From: an uncultured Candidatus Saccharibacteria bacterium
Lineage (GTDB): Bacteria; Patescibacteriota; Saccharimonadia; CAILAD01; BJGX01
Reading direction: 5' to 3'
DNA length: 64,000 nucleotides
Assembly: GCA_964552475.1 (NCBI GenBank)
Contig: CAZKFZ010000001.1
Span: 128,621-192,620, forward strand
Under the pieces are notes generated by a model. That model saw only the letters and a list, made by a program, of their open reading frames with translations, was not told the DNA's origin and ran no database searches. A program made the translations under genes and the position numbers. Positions 39,054-48,177 of this stretch are shown here, piece by piece (position 1 is the first letter of the stretch; the number at the start of each line of letters is the position of its first letter).

Positions 39054-39605
39054 TCAAGCTGCTATCTCTGGAATAAGGCCAATCGCCTCACGTCCGCGCT
39101 GATGTGCAGCCAAAGTTTTCTGCATAGCTTCATTTCCAGCCATCCTACGAAATGCACGCTCGTGGAACACTTCTTGGGGTAGGATTTTGGTAAACACGGC
39201 ACGGATATCTGAAGGAGCATATTCGTCAGCTGCAATTTCACGAATCCGTTCGAGTCTCATAAATTCAGCGTGGGCGGCAACTGCCGCACCAGTCTCGAAG
39301 TTTGTAATACCGGCTAGTGTAGTATTCCAATATCGCTCTGGCTTCTTAAGCTCGCTGGGTGTTATACCACGCGCAATCAGTAGATCACCAACCCAACTCG
39401 CATGATCAAGCTCTTGATCCGCGATATAGCCTAGAACCGCACGCTCTCGTGAACCTACCAAGGTATATTCTTCTGCAAACTCCATTATTCTGGCGTGAGC
39501 GGTAATTTCTCCGTGATACTGGTTGAGTAGCCAATCTAGCAGTAGTTCTGGGTTATGCTTGATTTTTTGCCACCAAGCCACTGAGTCTGTAAGTGTAGGG
39601 TACAT
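39054..39605 (-). CDS. Ferritin-fold di-iron protein, MiaE (tRNA hydroxylase)-like; higher GC than surroundings
   Basis: Four ExxH/E helices (EITAH, ELDH, AHAE, EVFHE). The segment IADQELDHASWVGDLLIARGITPSEL resembles MiaE ...EELVHFEQVLEIMQARGIRPRRI. Start re-set to ATG 39605 (GAGGAGG Shine-Dalgarno); the track's extra 31 N-terminal codons are AT-rich promoter DNA. Local GC is visibly higher (~50% by eye) than neighbouring genes. Confidence 0.5.
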   Translation of the reverse strand: MYPTLTDSVAWWQKIKHNPELLLDWLLNQYHGEITAHARIMEFAEEYTLVGSRERAVLGYIADQELDHASWVGDLLIARGITPSELKKPERYWNTTLAGITNFETGAAVAAHAEFMRLERIREIAADEYAPSDIRAVFTKILPQEVFHERAFRRMAGNEAMQKTLAAHQRGREAIGLIPEIAA

Positions 39606-39753
39606 ACTGTCCTCCTCGTAGTGTTTCGACAGTAAATATACTTTAATGTATACAATTATTATGTACAATGTGTGTTCGTAATGCGTGACTGACAACATAA
39701 CTTTACTGATTAGTGAGTTGCTTTTATTGTCGATATATAGTTATAATGTAAGT

Positions 39754-40524
39754 ATGGATAGCGAATTACTTTCATTTTTTGTTTCAATTGGATTAACTAA
39801 AACTGAGGCAAACATTTATTATTGCGGTCTATCTGACGCTCAGATAGGTGTAAAAGAGTTGGTTGATAGAACCAATATAAAGCGTACTACAATATACCAT
39901 TGTCTCGGCACCTTACGTCAAAAAGGGCTTGTGTCCGAATCACGTGATAATGGGAAGCTAGTGTATGTTATGGCCAGAAGTGAAAGTATAGATAGATTTT
40001 TACAACGCCAAATATCTAAGCTTGAGCAACAAAAACTAAAATTAGCTAGTATAGAAAGGTCTCTACCTAAAGTAAAAGTTAAGCAGAGTGATGATTGGGC
40101 TATTGAGCACTATACAGGTAGGGAGGGCGTGGAATTAGCCATAGACACAGCATTATATTGTAAGGATCGTTGCTGGAAAATAATTGCACCTACTAACAAC
40201 TACTTTTCGCACAGCGATAAAAACTCGCAGAAGTATTTTCTTAAAACTAGAGAGAACAGGCATATTATTGCAAAAAGCCTTTGGGAAGAGACTTTTCACC
40301 CAAAAAAATCTAGTGTGGAAAACAGAGCTCCACGTATTTTACCATCGTCATTTAATGGAAAATTTAAGTCAACAATAATTCTATTCGACAACTCAATACT
40401 TATGCTGTCGTCTGGCAAAACGCACTCTGCAGTTATCTTAAAATCGACTGAACTTTTCTCTACACTATCAGTAATGTTTGATGGTTTATATTTAATCTCA
40501 AAGCCATATGAGTTGATAAAATAG
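39754..40524 (+). CDS. TrmB-like/MarR-like winged-HTH transcriptional regulator with C-terminal domain
   Basis: N-terminal HTH (LTKTEANIYYCGLSDAQIGVKELVDRTNIKRTTIYHCLGTLRQKGLV) is typical of TrmB-family regulators. ATG 39754 lies 6 nt after TATAAT (39742-39747), suggesting a leaderless transcript. Divergent from the MiaE-like gene. Confidence 0.5.
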   Translation: MDSELLSFFVSIGLTKTEANIYYCGLSDAQIGVKELVDRTNIKRTTIYHCLGTLRQKGLVSESRDNGKLVYVMARSESIDRFLQRQISKLEQQKLKLASIERSLPKVKVKQSDDWAIEHYTGREGVELAIDTALYCKDRCWKIIAPTNNYFSHSDKNSQKYFLKTRENRHIIAKSLWEETFHPKKSSVENRAPRILPSSFNGKFKSTIILFDNSILMLSSGKTHSAVILKSTELFSTLSVMFDGLYLISKPYELIK

Positions 40525-40589
40525 CTAGGCAACTATTTTATAGAAAGTTTATTCCGCTCCACGCTAGCAATGGGTAAAAAAATTCGCTA

Positions 40590-40633
40590 ATATGAAAAGC
40601 AGACCTGCCGTACGAATCGAACAGATCTGCTTA
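40590..40633 (-). terminator. Intrinsic terminator of the candidate sRNA
   Basis: 11-bp stem with a G.U wobble on the minus strand, a 14-nt loop, and a 3' U-tract (plus 40590-40597). Confidence 0.5.
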
Positions 40634-40823
40634 TCACACCCTTTCATACCCCCAAAGAATTGGGATTTGTCAGTCTCATAATATATAAATAGACCGTGGT
40701 GATGAAAGGGAGTAATCTGCTAGCGAGAATCTAAAAGGAGGGTGAGTTTTAGACCTTGCCTCGACTAGCAGATTACTCCCTTCAATAAGTAAAAGAGCAA
40801 TAAAATATAAAGTTTTTGATTCG
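40595..40823 (-). ncRNA. Candidate novel small RNA (~230 nt) bounded by a near-consensus promoter and an intrinsic terminator
   Basis: Minus-strand promoter TTGACA-17 bp-TACAAT (plus 40830-40858). A 20-bp long hairpin (GGGAGTAATCTGCTAGtCGAG / CTCGcTAGCAGATTACTCCC) encloses a 7-bp apical stem with CUCACCCUCC loop. The terminal 11-bp hairpin AAGCAGAUCUG...CAGGUCUGCUU pairs with a G.U only in the minus-strand transcript (C.A on plus) and is followed by UUUUCAUAUU. No convincing ORF inside. Confidence 0.5.
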
Positions 40824-40829
40824 ACAAGT

Positions 40830-40858
40830 ATTGTATCACGCTAGTGCTTATTTGTCAA
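40830..40858 (-). promoter_or_regulatory. Near-consensus sigma70 promoter on the minus strand (TTGACA-17 bp-TACAAT) driving the candidate sRNA
   Basis: Plus-strand tgtcaa at 40853-40858 and attgta at 40830-40835. Confidence 0.5.
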
Positions 40859-40913
40859 TACCTTTTACAGGGTATTTTTTATATAGCTTATGCTTCTCTG
40901 ATAGAGCAGAAAT

Positions 40914-41765
40914 ATGAATATACAAGAATTTAATTATAATAGCAAGGGTTATCCAGATCTTTTGCGAAATATTTCATCTCCACCCAAGAAATTATTCTAT
41001 CTGGGTAGTATACCCAACCTACCAATGGTGGCCATAGTAGGCACACGCAAGCCGACCGAGTATGGCAAGCAAATAACCTATAAAATTGCCTACGATCTTG
41101 CCAGCGCTGGTATATGCGTCGTTAGTGGCTTAGCCTATGGCATAGATGGAATTGCGCATAGCGCAGCTTTAGATGCTGGCGGTAAAGTGGTAGCGGTACT
41201 AGGTACCCCACTTAACACAATATATCCGGTAGCAAATCGCAACTTAGCTAAGTCTATATTGTCCAAAGGTGGAGCAATTATTAGTGAGTATAGAGTTGGT
41301 ACCAGCACTCAACGATTTAATTTTCCGGCGCGAAATAGAATAATTGCCGGCCTAAGCTTGGCCACAATCGTAACCGAAGCCGATGCGCAAAGTGGTAGTC
41401 TAATTACTGCCAATTTTGCCATTACTAATGATCGAATGGTGATGGCTGTGCCAGGCAACATTACCAGCCCACGTAGCGCCGGCCCCAACAACTTAATAAA
41501 ACTAGGCGCTAGACCGGTAACCGACGCTAGTGATGTACTGGCCGAGCTAGAACTTAAAAGTACAGTTTTGAAAAGTCACAAAATTGCACCGGCTAATAAA
41601 GAAGAGGCTTTGGTCATACAGCTTATAGAAAATGGTCACGTCAACACTCACGCCATGATAGAGAATAGTGAGTTTGACGCCGCCAGGCTAGCACATGTAT
41701 TAAGCTTAATGGAGATAACCGGCAAGATTCGAAACCTTGGTGCAGGCCAATGGGTAGTAAGCTAA
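40914..41765 (+). CDS. dprA: DNA processing protein A (Smf)
   Basis: Rossmann-like DprA core: VAIVGTRKPTEYGKQITYKIAYDLASAGICVVSGLAYGIDGIAHSAALDAGG. Confidence 0.85.
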   Translation: MNIQEFNYNSKGYPDLLRNISSPPKKLFYLGSIPNLPMVAIVGTRKPTEYGKQITYKIAYDLASAGICVVSGLAYGIDGIAHSAALDAGGKVVAVLGTPLNTIYPVANRNLAKSILSKGGAIISEYRVGTSTQRFNFPARNRIIAGLSLATIVTEADAQSGSLITANFAITNDRMVMAVPGNITSPRSAGPNNLIKLGARPVTDASDVLAELELKSTVLKSHKIAPANKEEALVIQLIENGHVNTHAMIENSEFDAARLAHVLSLMEITGKIRNLGAGQWVVS

Positions 41766-41775
41766 CTATTTTTAT

Positions 41776-41805
41776 TTGACAATGCAATTATTCATCTGCT
41801 AATAT
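41776..41805 (+). promoter_or_regulatory. Candidate promoter upstream of topA (TTGACA-18 bp-TAATAT)
   Basis: TTGACA at 41776-41781 and TAATAT at 41800-41805. Confidence 0.35.
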
Positions 41806-41867
41806 CGGCAACTTATGCAGTTAACTTGCAAATATATTTTTAAAGCGTTAGCATAATACAAACTCTT

Positions 41868-44183
41868 ATGGCAAAAAAATTACTCATAGTAGAATCACCG
41901 GCCAAGGCTAAAACAATCGAGAAGTATCTGGGCTCAGACTACCAGGTACTTTCTAGCTATGGACACATACGAGATCTGCCCAAGAGCGGTATGAGCATTG
42001 ATATTAAAAACAACTTCGAGCCCACCTACGAAATTCCCGCTGATTCTAAAAAGACAATTTCTGCGCTCAAAAAGGCTGTAAAAAACAAAGAGGTATTTCT
42101 TGCCACCGATGAAGACCGCGAAGGGGAGGCAATTAGTTGGCATTTGTGCGAAGCACTTAAGCTTGATTATAAAACCACTAAACGTATAGTGTTTCACGAG
42201 ATCACCAAAGAGGCTTTAGTTAGCGCTGTAAGTAACCCCCGTACGGTTGATATTAACCTTGTAAATGCCCAGCAGGCTCGCCGGGTGCTTGATAGATTAG
42301 TGGGTTATGAGCTAAGCGAAGTTATATGGAAAAAAATACGGTATGGTCTGAGTGGTGGTCGTGTTCAGTCAGTTGCAGTTCGCCTAATATGCGAACGAGA
42401 GAGCGAGATTGAAGCCTTTAATGCAAATTCTACTTTTAAAGTAAGTGCGGAGTTTAATCTAGGAAAAGATGGTGTGTTACTGGCTGAACTAAAAGATAAG
42501 ATACCTTCCAAAGATGAAGCAAAGCAATTACTTGAATTATTAAAGAGCACAAAATATACAATAACGTCAGTAGAGAAAAAACCCGGTAAAAAATCTCCAT
42601 CGCCACCATTCACTACCTCAACATTACAACAGGCGGCTAGCTCTCAATTAGGCTTTTCAGTACGTCAAACCATGGTGGTTGCTCAAAAGCTTTATGAAGC
42701 CGGTAAAATTACCTATATGCGTACTGACTCACTCAACCTTTCTGATAGTGCTATCAAACAAGCTAGTAGTGTAATAAGATCAAATTTTGGTAATAAGTAC
42801 TTAAAAAATAGACATTTCAAGGCTAAATCGGCTAACGCCCAAGAAGCACATGAGGCTATTCGTCCAACTGATTTTTCTGAAGAGTTAGGTAGTGATGATT
42901 CTGGCCAACAACGCTTATATAAGCTTATTAGAGCACGGGCTTTAGCCTCACAAATGACTGATGCCGAAATCGAAAGATCGGTTGTAACCATTAATTTAAA
43001 CAACTCTGAGTACGTTTTTATTGCTAGGGGTGAGATTGTTGTTTTTGATGGTTTTTTAAAAGTTTATGGCAAGATGATAGAAGATGTTATTCTCCCACCA
43101 CTAAAAGATGGGCAGTCTCTAGATATAAAAAAGGTAACGGCTCGCGAGACCTTCGATAGGCCACCATCTAGGTATACCGAGGCAAGTTTGGTAAAAAAAT
43201 TAGAGACTGAAGGAATAGGTCGCCCAAGTACTTATGCTCCTACTATTTCAACCATACAATCTCGTGGATATGTAGAAAAAGCCAGCCGTGAAGGTGAACC
43301 GCGTAACGTAAATGTAATTACATTAGAAAACAAATCTGTAAACGAAGTTGTTGAACAAGAAAACTTTGGTGTAGAAAAAAACAAATTGTTTCCAACCGAT
43401 ACTGGGAGAGTGGTAAATGATTTTATAGTGAAGTATTTTCCGACTATAGCTGATTATAAGTTCACCGCTAAGGTAGAGGGAGAGTTTGATAAAATTGCCC
43501 AAGGCCATGAAAAATGGAAAACTATGATAGCTAATTTTTATAAACCATTTCATGAACTAATACTTAAAACCGAGGATGTTACACGCCAAGATGCCAACAA
43601 AGGAAGAGAACTAGGTAAAGATCCTAAATCTGGTAAACCGGTAATCGCTAGATTGGGTAAGTATGGGGCGATGATACAAATAGGACAAGCAGAAGACGAA
43701 GATAAGGGCGAGGGCAAACCAAAATTTGCTTCTATGCCAGCCGGTAAAACAATAGAGAGCGTCACTCTTGATGAAGCTTTAGAGATGTTTAAATTGCCAA
43801 GAGATCTAGGTAAGACAAAAGACGGCAAGGATGTTGTTGCGAGTATTGGTAGATTTGGGCCATATGTAAGGTTTGATAATACCTTTGTATCTATTAAAGA
43901 CGAAGATCCATTTACTATTACGCATAAAAAAGCCCTAGAATACATCGCTGCCAAGCAAAAAGCCGATGCCGAAAAAATAATTACTGATTTTAAAGACGAA
44001 GGTATACAGATATTGAATGGTCGCTATGGTCCTTATGTAACAGATGGAGAAACCAACGCTAAAATACCAAAAGACGTTGATCCTAAAACACTATCGGCAA
44101 AGTCAGCTCAAGAAATTATCGCAAATAAACCAAGTGGAAAACGTTCTAAGAAAACAACGTTAAAGAAAAAATCTAATAAATAG
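41868..44183 (+). CDS. topA: DNA topoisomerase I
   Basis: TOPRIM N-terminus (LLIVESPAKAKTIEKYLG...GHIRDL), the catalytic Tyr region, C-terminal Zn-ribbon-less repeats and a Lys-rich tail; 771 aa. The dprA-topA linkage is conserved in many bacteria. Confidence 0.95.
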   Translation: MAKKLLIVESPAKAKTIEKYLGSDYQVLSSYGHIRDLPKSGMSIDIKNNFEPTYEIPADSKKTISALKKAVKNKEVFLATDEDREGEAISWHLCEALKLDYKTTKRIVFHEITKEALVSAVSNPRTVDINLVNAQQARRVLDRLVGYELSEVIWKKIRYGLSGGRVQSVAVRLICERESEIEAFNANSTFKVSAEFNLGKDGVLLAELKDKIPSKDEAKQLLELLKSTKYTITSVEKKPGKKSPSPPFTTSTLQQAASSQLGFSVRQTMVVAQKLYEAGKITYMRTDSLNLSDSAIKQASSVIRSNFGNKYLKNRHFKAKSANAQEAHEAIRPTDFSEELGSDDSGQQRLYKLIRARALASQMTDAEIERSVVTINLNNSEYVFIARGEIVVFDGFLKVYGKMIEDVILPPLKDGQSLDIKKVTARETFDRPPSRYTEASLVKKLETEGIGRPSTYAPTISTIQSRGYVEKASREGEPRNVNVITLENKSVNEVVEQENFGVEKNKLFPTDTGRVVNDFIVKYFPTIADYKFTAKVEGEFDKIAQGHEKWKTMIANFYKPFHELILKTEDVTRQDANKGRELGKDPKSGKPVIARLGKYGAMIQIGQAEDEDKGEGKPKFASMPAGKTIESVTLDEALEMFKLPRDLGKTKDGKDVVASIGRFGPYVRFDNTFVSIKDEDPFTITHKKALEYIAAKQKADAEKIITDFKDEGIQILNGRYGPYVTDGETNAKIPKDVDPKTLSAKSAQEIIANKPSGKRSKKTTLKKKSNK

Positions 44184-44312
44184 CGTTGACCATATAGAAC
44201 TAAAGTGATATAATTGAATTAAGTTATTAGTTTACAGATAGAGATATGTTTTTTATACCTGTAGATAATATGTTAAAACCACTCACTTTTTTAATCAAAG
44301 GAAACAATTTTA

Positions 44313-45380
44313 ATGCAAAATAAGTCGCAAAGTGTAGATAAAAAACAACTCGATTCATTGATTTCGGAGAGTTTAGATCTACTAAAAAAAGATCGCGATC
44401 GAGAAATACTATTACGTAGATATGGTGTGGCTACTGGTAAAACTCAAACTCTAGAACAAATAGGTAGAGACCTTGGTATAACCAGGGAGAGAGTGAGACA
44501 GATAGAAAAAGCCGCACTTACCAAGATACGTGAACAAGCCAAGCACGATCACGAACTTAGTAATATATTGGTTGCTATCACCGACAAAAGGGGTGGAATA
44601 ATTGGTTTTGCGTCACTTGTTAATGAACTTGGTTTAGACGGTAAACTAAGACCACACCTTAGCTTTCTATTAAAACTTAACCCAAATTTTACATTTCTAG
44701 ATAAGAACGATCAGCACGCTGATTTAGTCTTTTTAAGTGATAGCTATAAAGAAGATGGAGTGCGTAAGTTGCACGATCAGATAATTACTGTTGCAAGAGA
44801 AAATGGTAAACCGGTTAAATTTGATAAGCTTGTCGGTAAAATAGAGGGCGAAAATAAACCTGAAGCTCTAGAAGAATTGGCTACCGCTAGCACTCAACTA
44901 GCCAATCTAGATAATGTATGGGGTCTAAGCATTTGGCCAGAAGTAAACCCTAAGAGTATAAGAGATAAAATATATTTAGTACTAAAAAAGGGTGGAAGAC
45001 CAATGCATTTTACTGAAATTTCTACAAAAATAGCAGTAATGCCAGCAAATCCCAAGAAAGTTACAACCCAAGCGGTACATAATGAACTTATTAAAGATAG
45101 TCGCTTTGTACTAATTGGTCGCGGTATCTACGCACTAGGTGAATGGGGTTACCAAAGTGGTACGGTCGCTGATATAATAGAGGAGATCTTGCGCGAAAAC
45201 TCACCGATGAGCAGAGAAGATATTATTACCAAGGTATTAGCGCGAAGACAAGTAAAAACTACAACTATCACTCTTAACCTACAGGAAAAGCCACAATTTG
45301 AACGCACAAGCAAAGGATTTTATCAACTCAAAAAAGGATATACTGCAACCGGAGTTAAGAGTAGTCGCGGCGGACGATAG
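44313..45380 (+). CDS. Sigma-70 region 4 HTH fused to a C-terminal HARE-HTH domain (unusual architecture)
   Basis: N-terminus GKTQTLEQIGRDLGITRERVRQIEKAALTKIRE is sigma region 4.2. The C-terminus KKGGRPMHFTEISTKIA...RFVLIGRGIYALGEWGY matches the HARE-HTH pattern of RpoE-delta type (RF..G.G.Y.L.EW). No sigma regions 2 or 3. Confidence 0.6.
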   Translation: MQNKSQSVDKKQLDSLISESLDLLKKDRDREILLRRYGVATGKTQTLEQIGRDLGITRERVRQIEKAALTKIREQAKHDHELSNILVAITDKRGGIIGFASLVNELGLDGKLRPHLSFLLKLNPNFTFLDKNDQHADLVFLSDSYKEDGVRKLHDQIITVARENGKPVKFDKLVGKIEGENKPEALEELATASTQLANLDNVWGLSIWPEVNPKSIRDKIYLVLKKGGRPMHFTEISTKIAVMPANPKKVTTQAVHNELIKDSRFVLIGRGIYALGEWGYQSGTVADIIEEILRENSPMSREDIITKVLARRQVKTTTITLNLQEKPQFERTSKGFYQLKKGYTATGVKSSRGGR

Positions 45381-45456
45381 GTATTTACTAGTCCATATTA
45401 GACAATTTTGTATATTTTCACATATTAAGAAAACTAAGTTCTTCTTTTAGCACCTC

Positions 45457-48177
45457 ATGAACGACATTATTTCATTAATTTCAACATTTTTTTCAGTAAT
45501 AGGCACCATTCTTTTTCAGTTTTGGGGTTGGACGCTTATTGCCGCTTACTTGGGATTTTTAATCTGGAAAAATAATAGTAAGAAAATAGAATATCTACAA
45601 AATTCTGACTTCAGTCTATTACATATTGTAATACCTAAAGACAATGAAAAAAAAGAATTGTCTGCAGAGCAAATGTTTGCTAGCTTACATGGCATATTAC
45701 AGCCTACAAGTGAATTAGAAAAGGAGAGGCGAATACAAGACCATATAAGCTTCGAGATAGTTGCTCGCGACCAGGTGATACATTTTTATGTCTGGACCCC
45801 TACTAATTTGAAGGATTTTGTAAGTAGTCAAATTTATGCTCAATACCCATCTGTACAAATAAGTGAGATGAAACACGATTATACCAGCCAAGAGGGGCTC
45901 GACCCCAATCATGTATATTCTACAGAAATAACGCTTATGAAGGATGAAATATTTCCAATTCGTACCTTTCAAACTTTTGAAGTAGACCCTTTGGCCGGAC
46001 TCACCACTGTCCTGGCATCACTATCAGATAACGAACAGATGTGGATACAATTCTTAATGGAGCCGGTCGATGACAGTTGGCACAAAAAAAGTCTTAACTA
46101 TATAAATGAAGTTATTAATGGCAAAAAGCCTAGTCGTTTTGAAAACTTAGGAAGCAAAACCGTTGGCTATGCTAAAGCGTTATCTGTTCCACCAAGTGTA
46201 CAGGCTGCAGATGCCAAAAAACCCGATAAAAAAGAACTCACACCCGGCCAAACTACCCTAAACTCCGCTATTGAAACTAAGGCAGAAAAACTTGGTTATG
46301 CAGTAAAAATACGAGCCGTATATGTAGGGGAGAGTGATGCTGCAGCAAAAACCCGTATGCAAGCCTTGGTAGGAGGATTTAAACAGTTTAATACTATTAA
46401 TTTAAATGGTTTTACTAATACCGGACTGTTAGCGGGCGACACAGCCCTAGAACAATACCAATTGAGAGAGTTTGAGGATGCTGGCTATGTTCTAAATATT
46501 GAAGAGATCGCCAGCCTATACCACTTACCACACACCAGTGTAGAGACACCAGGTGTAGCCTACACCAGCACAAAAGTAGGGGAGCCACCTAGTAACCTGC
46601 CAACTATTAACAACACTCCTGCAGAGGATATAAGCTTGTTTGGAGTTACTACTTTTAGGCAAGCCAATATGAAGTTTGGTATAAAACGTGAAGATCGTAA
46701 ACGACACATGTATATTATTGGTAAGTCTGGCAGTGGTAAATCATTTTTACTCAATTTGCTTACACTATCAGATATTTATCACAACGAAGGCTTTGCGGTA
46801 GTTGATCCGCACGGTGACTACGCTCAAGATATGTTGCGGTATATACCAGAACATCGGCTCGAAGACGTAGTATACTTTAATCCTGCTGACGGAGAGTTTC
46901 CAGTGGCGTTCAACCCTATGGAGGTTTATGATGTGAATCGCCGTAGCAACGTCGCTTCTGAAATTGTGGGGGTACTCAAAAAAATGTTCGGTGATAGTTG
47001 GGGACCACGGCTTGAACATATTTTACGCTACACACTACTGGCACTTCTTGAGACACCTAATACCACACTGCTAGGTATCACCCGTATGCTCACCGACAAA
47101 AAATATCGTAATGAAATCATCGGCAACGTAACCGACCCTGTAGTGAAGGCGTTCTGGGTGAATGAGTTTGCCAGCTGGAATGATAAGTTTGCATCAGAAG
47201 CTGTAGCTCCGGTTCTAAATAAAGTTGGGGCGTTTACAGCCAACCCACTTATACGAAATGTAATTGGACAAGAAAAGAGTACCTTTAGTATTCGTAAAAT
47301 GATGGATGAAGGTAAAATTTTAATAGTAGACCTAAGTCGCGGTAAGATTGGTGAAGACAATGCTAGTATACTTGGTAGTCTGCTAATTACAAAAATTCAG
47401 CTTGATGCTATGAGTCGTGCAGATATTCCAAATATTGACGATCGTAGGCCATTTTACTTATACGTAGATGAGTTTCAAAACTTCGCTACCGAGAGTTTTG
47501 CAGTAATTCTTTCTGAGGCACGTAAATATGGTCTTTATCTTACCGTTGCAAACCAATACATAGCTCAGATGCCCGACGAGGTCAAAGATGCCGTTTTTGG
47601 TAATGTTGGTAGTATGATTACTTTTAGGGTGGGTGCAGACGACGCCACTAGCCTGAGTCGTTATTTTGAACCAGTGTTTGAACCTTTAGATTTGGTTAAT
47701 CTAGACAAGCAAGATATATATGTCAGTATGAGTATCGATGGACAAACCAGTCTACCTTTCTCGGCTAAAACTCTTTTTGTGCCCAAAACACCAGCCGATC
47801 ACTCTAGTAAAATTCTAGAACTTAGTAGGAATAAATACTCTAGTGGACGAGCTAGCGTAGAAGAATCAATTGCCGCCTGGAGTGGTATGGAAGAGGGAAA
47901 ATCAGCGAGTGATAATAACGAAAATACAAAAACCGAACAAAAGATTTCTGGAACTGCTGCTAGCCTACCATCTCTAAAAGTGAGTGGTGCAGAGCCCAAA
48001 AAGTATAGCGAGATGGTAAAAGGTAAAAGCCAAGCAATTAGTAACCGTAGAAACGAACCTTACAAGCCTGATCAAAGCAAAGGCAACCCGACGAACAATA
48101 ACAAAAAAACTGGCAATAACTCAAACAACCACCAAGGTGGTCACAATAAACCTTTCTACCCCAAAAAGAAAAACTAG
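45457..48177 (+). CDS. Membrane-anchored VirD4/TraD/TraG-like type IV coupling protein ATPase with extra ~390-aa N-terminal domain and low-complexity C-terminal tail
   Basis: Two N-terminal TM helices. Walker A IIGKSGSGKSF, then VVDPHGDYAQDML...FNPADGEFPVAFNP (compare F TraD: IVDPNGDML...ILNPYD). Walker B FYLYVDEFQNF, then ARKYGLYLTVANQ and TFRVGADDA, typical of TraG/TraD C-terminal region. N/K/G-rich tail. Confidence 0.7.
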   Translation: MNDIISLISTFFSVIGTILFQFWGWTLIAAYLGFLIWKNNSKKIEYLQNSDFSLLHIVIPKDNEKKELSAEQMFASLHGILQPTSELEKERRIQDHISFEIVARDQVIHFYVWTPTNLKDFVSSQIYAQYPSVQISEMKHDYTSQEGLDPNHVYSTEITLMKDEIFPIRTFQTFEVDPLAGLTTVLASLSDNEQMWIQFLMEPVDDSWHKKSLNYINEVINGKKPSRFENLGSKTVGYAKALSVPPSVQAADAKKPDKKELTPGQTTLNSAIETKAEKLGYAVKIRAVYVGESDAAAKTRMQALVGGFKQFNTINLNGFTNTGLLAGDTALEQYQLREFEDAGYVLNIEEIASLYHLPHTSVETPGVAYTSTKVGEPPSNLPTINNTPAEDISLFGVTTFRQANMKFGIKREDRKRHMYIIGKSGSGKSFLLNLLTLSDIYHNEGFAVVDPHGDYAQDMLRYIPEHRLEDVVYFNPADGEFPVAFNPMEVYDVNRRSNVASEIVGVLKKMFGDSWGPRLEHILRYTLLALLETPNTTLLGITRMLTDKKYRNEIIGNVTDPVVKAFWVNEFASWNDKFASEAVAPVLNKVGAFTANPLIRNVIGQEKSTFSIRKMMDEGKILIVDLSRGKIGEDNASILGSLLITKIQLDAMSRADIPNIDDRRPFYLYVDEFQNFATESFAVILSEARKYGLYLTVANQYIAQMPDEVKDAVFGNVGSMITFRVGADDATSLSRYFEPVFEPLDLVNLDKQDIYVSMSIDGQTSLPFSAKTLFVPKTPADHSSKILELSRNKYSSGRASVEESIAAWSGMEEGKSASDNNENTKTEQKISGTAASLPSLKVSGAEPKKYSEMVKGKSQAISNRRNEPYKPDQSKGNPTNNNKKTGNNSNNHQGGHNKPFYPKKKN

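Noticed and set aside
40812-40830. GATTCGAC / GAATCGAAC strings reminiscent of tmRNA 5' end and a tRNA T-loop
   Set aside because: No tRNA-like acceptor/T-arm geometry, no 3' CCA context and no tag-peptide reading frame ending in ...AA-stop could be built. The segment fits better as part of the promoter-terminator-bounded sRNA candidate.
41820-41850. Imperfect palindrome GCAGTTAACTTGC in the topA leader as a regulator binding site
   Set aside because: Only 5-6 bp arms with an asymmetric extra base; too weak to call.
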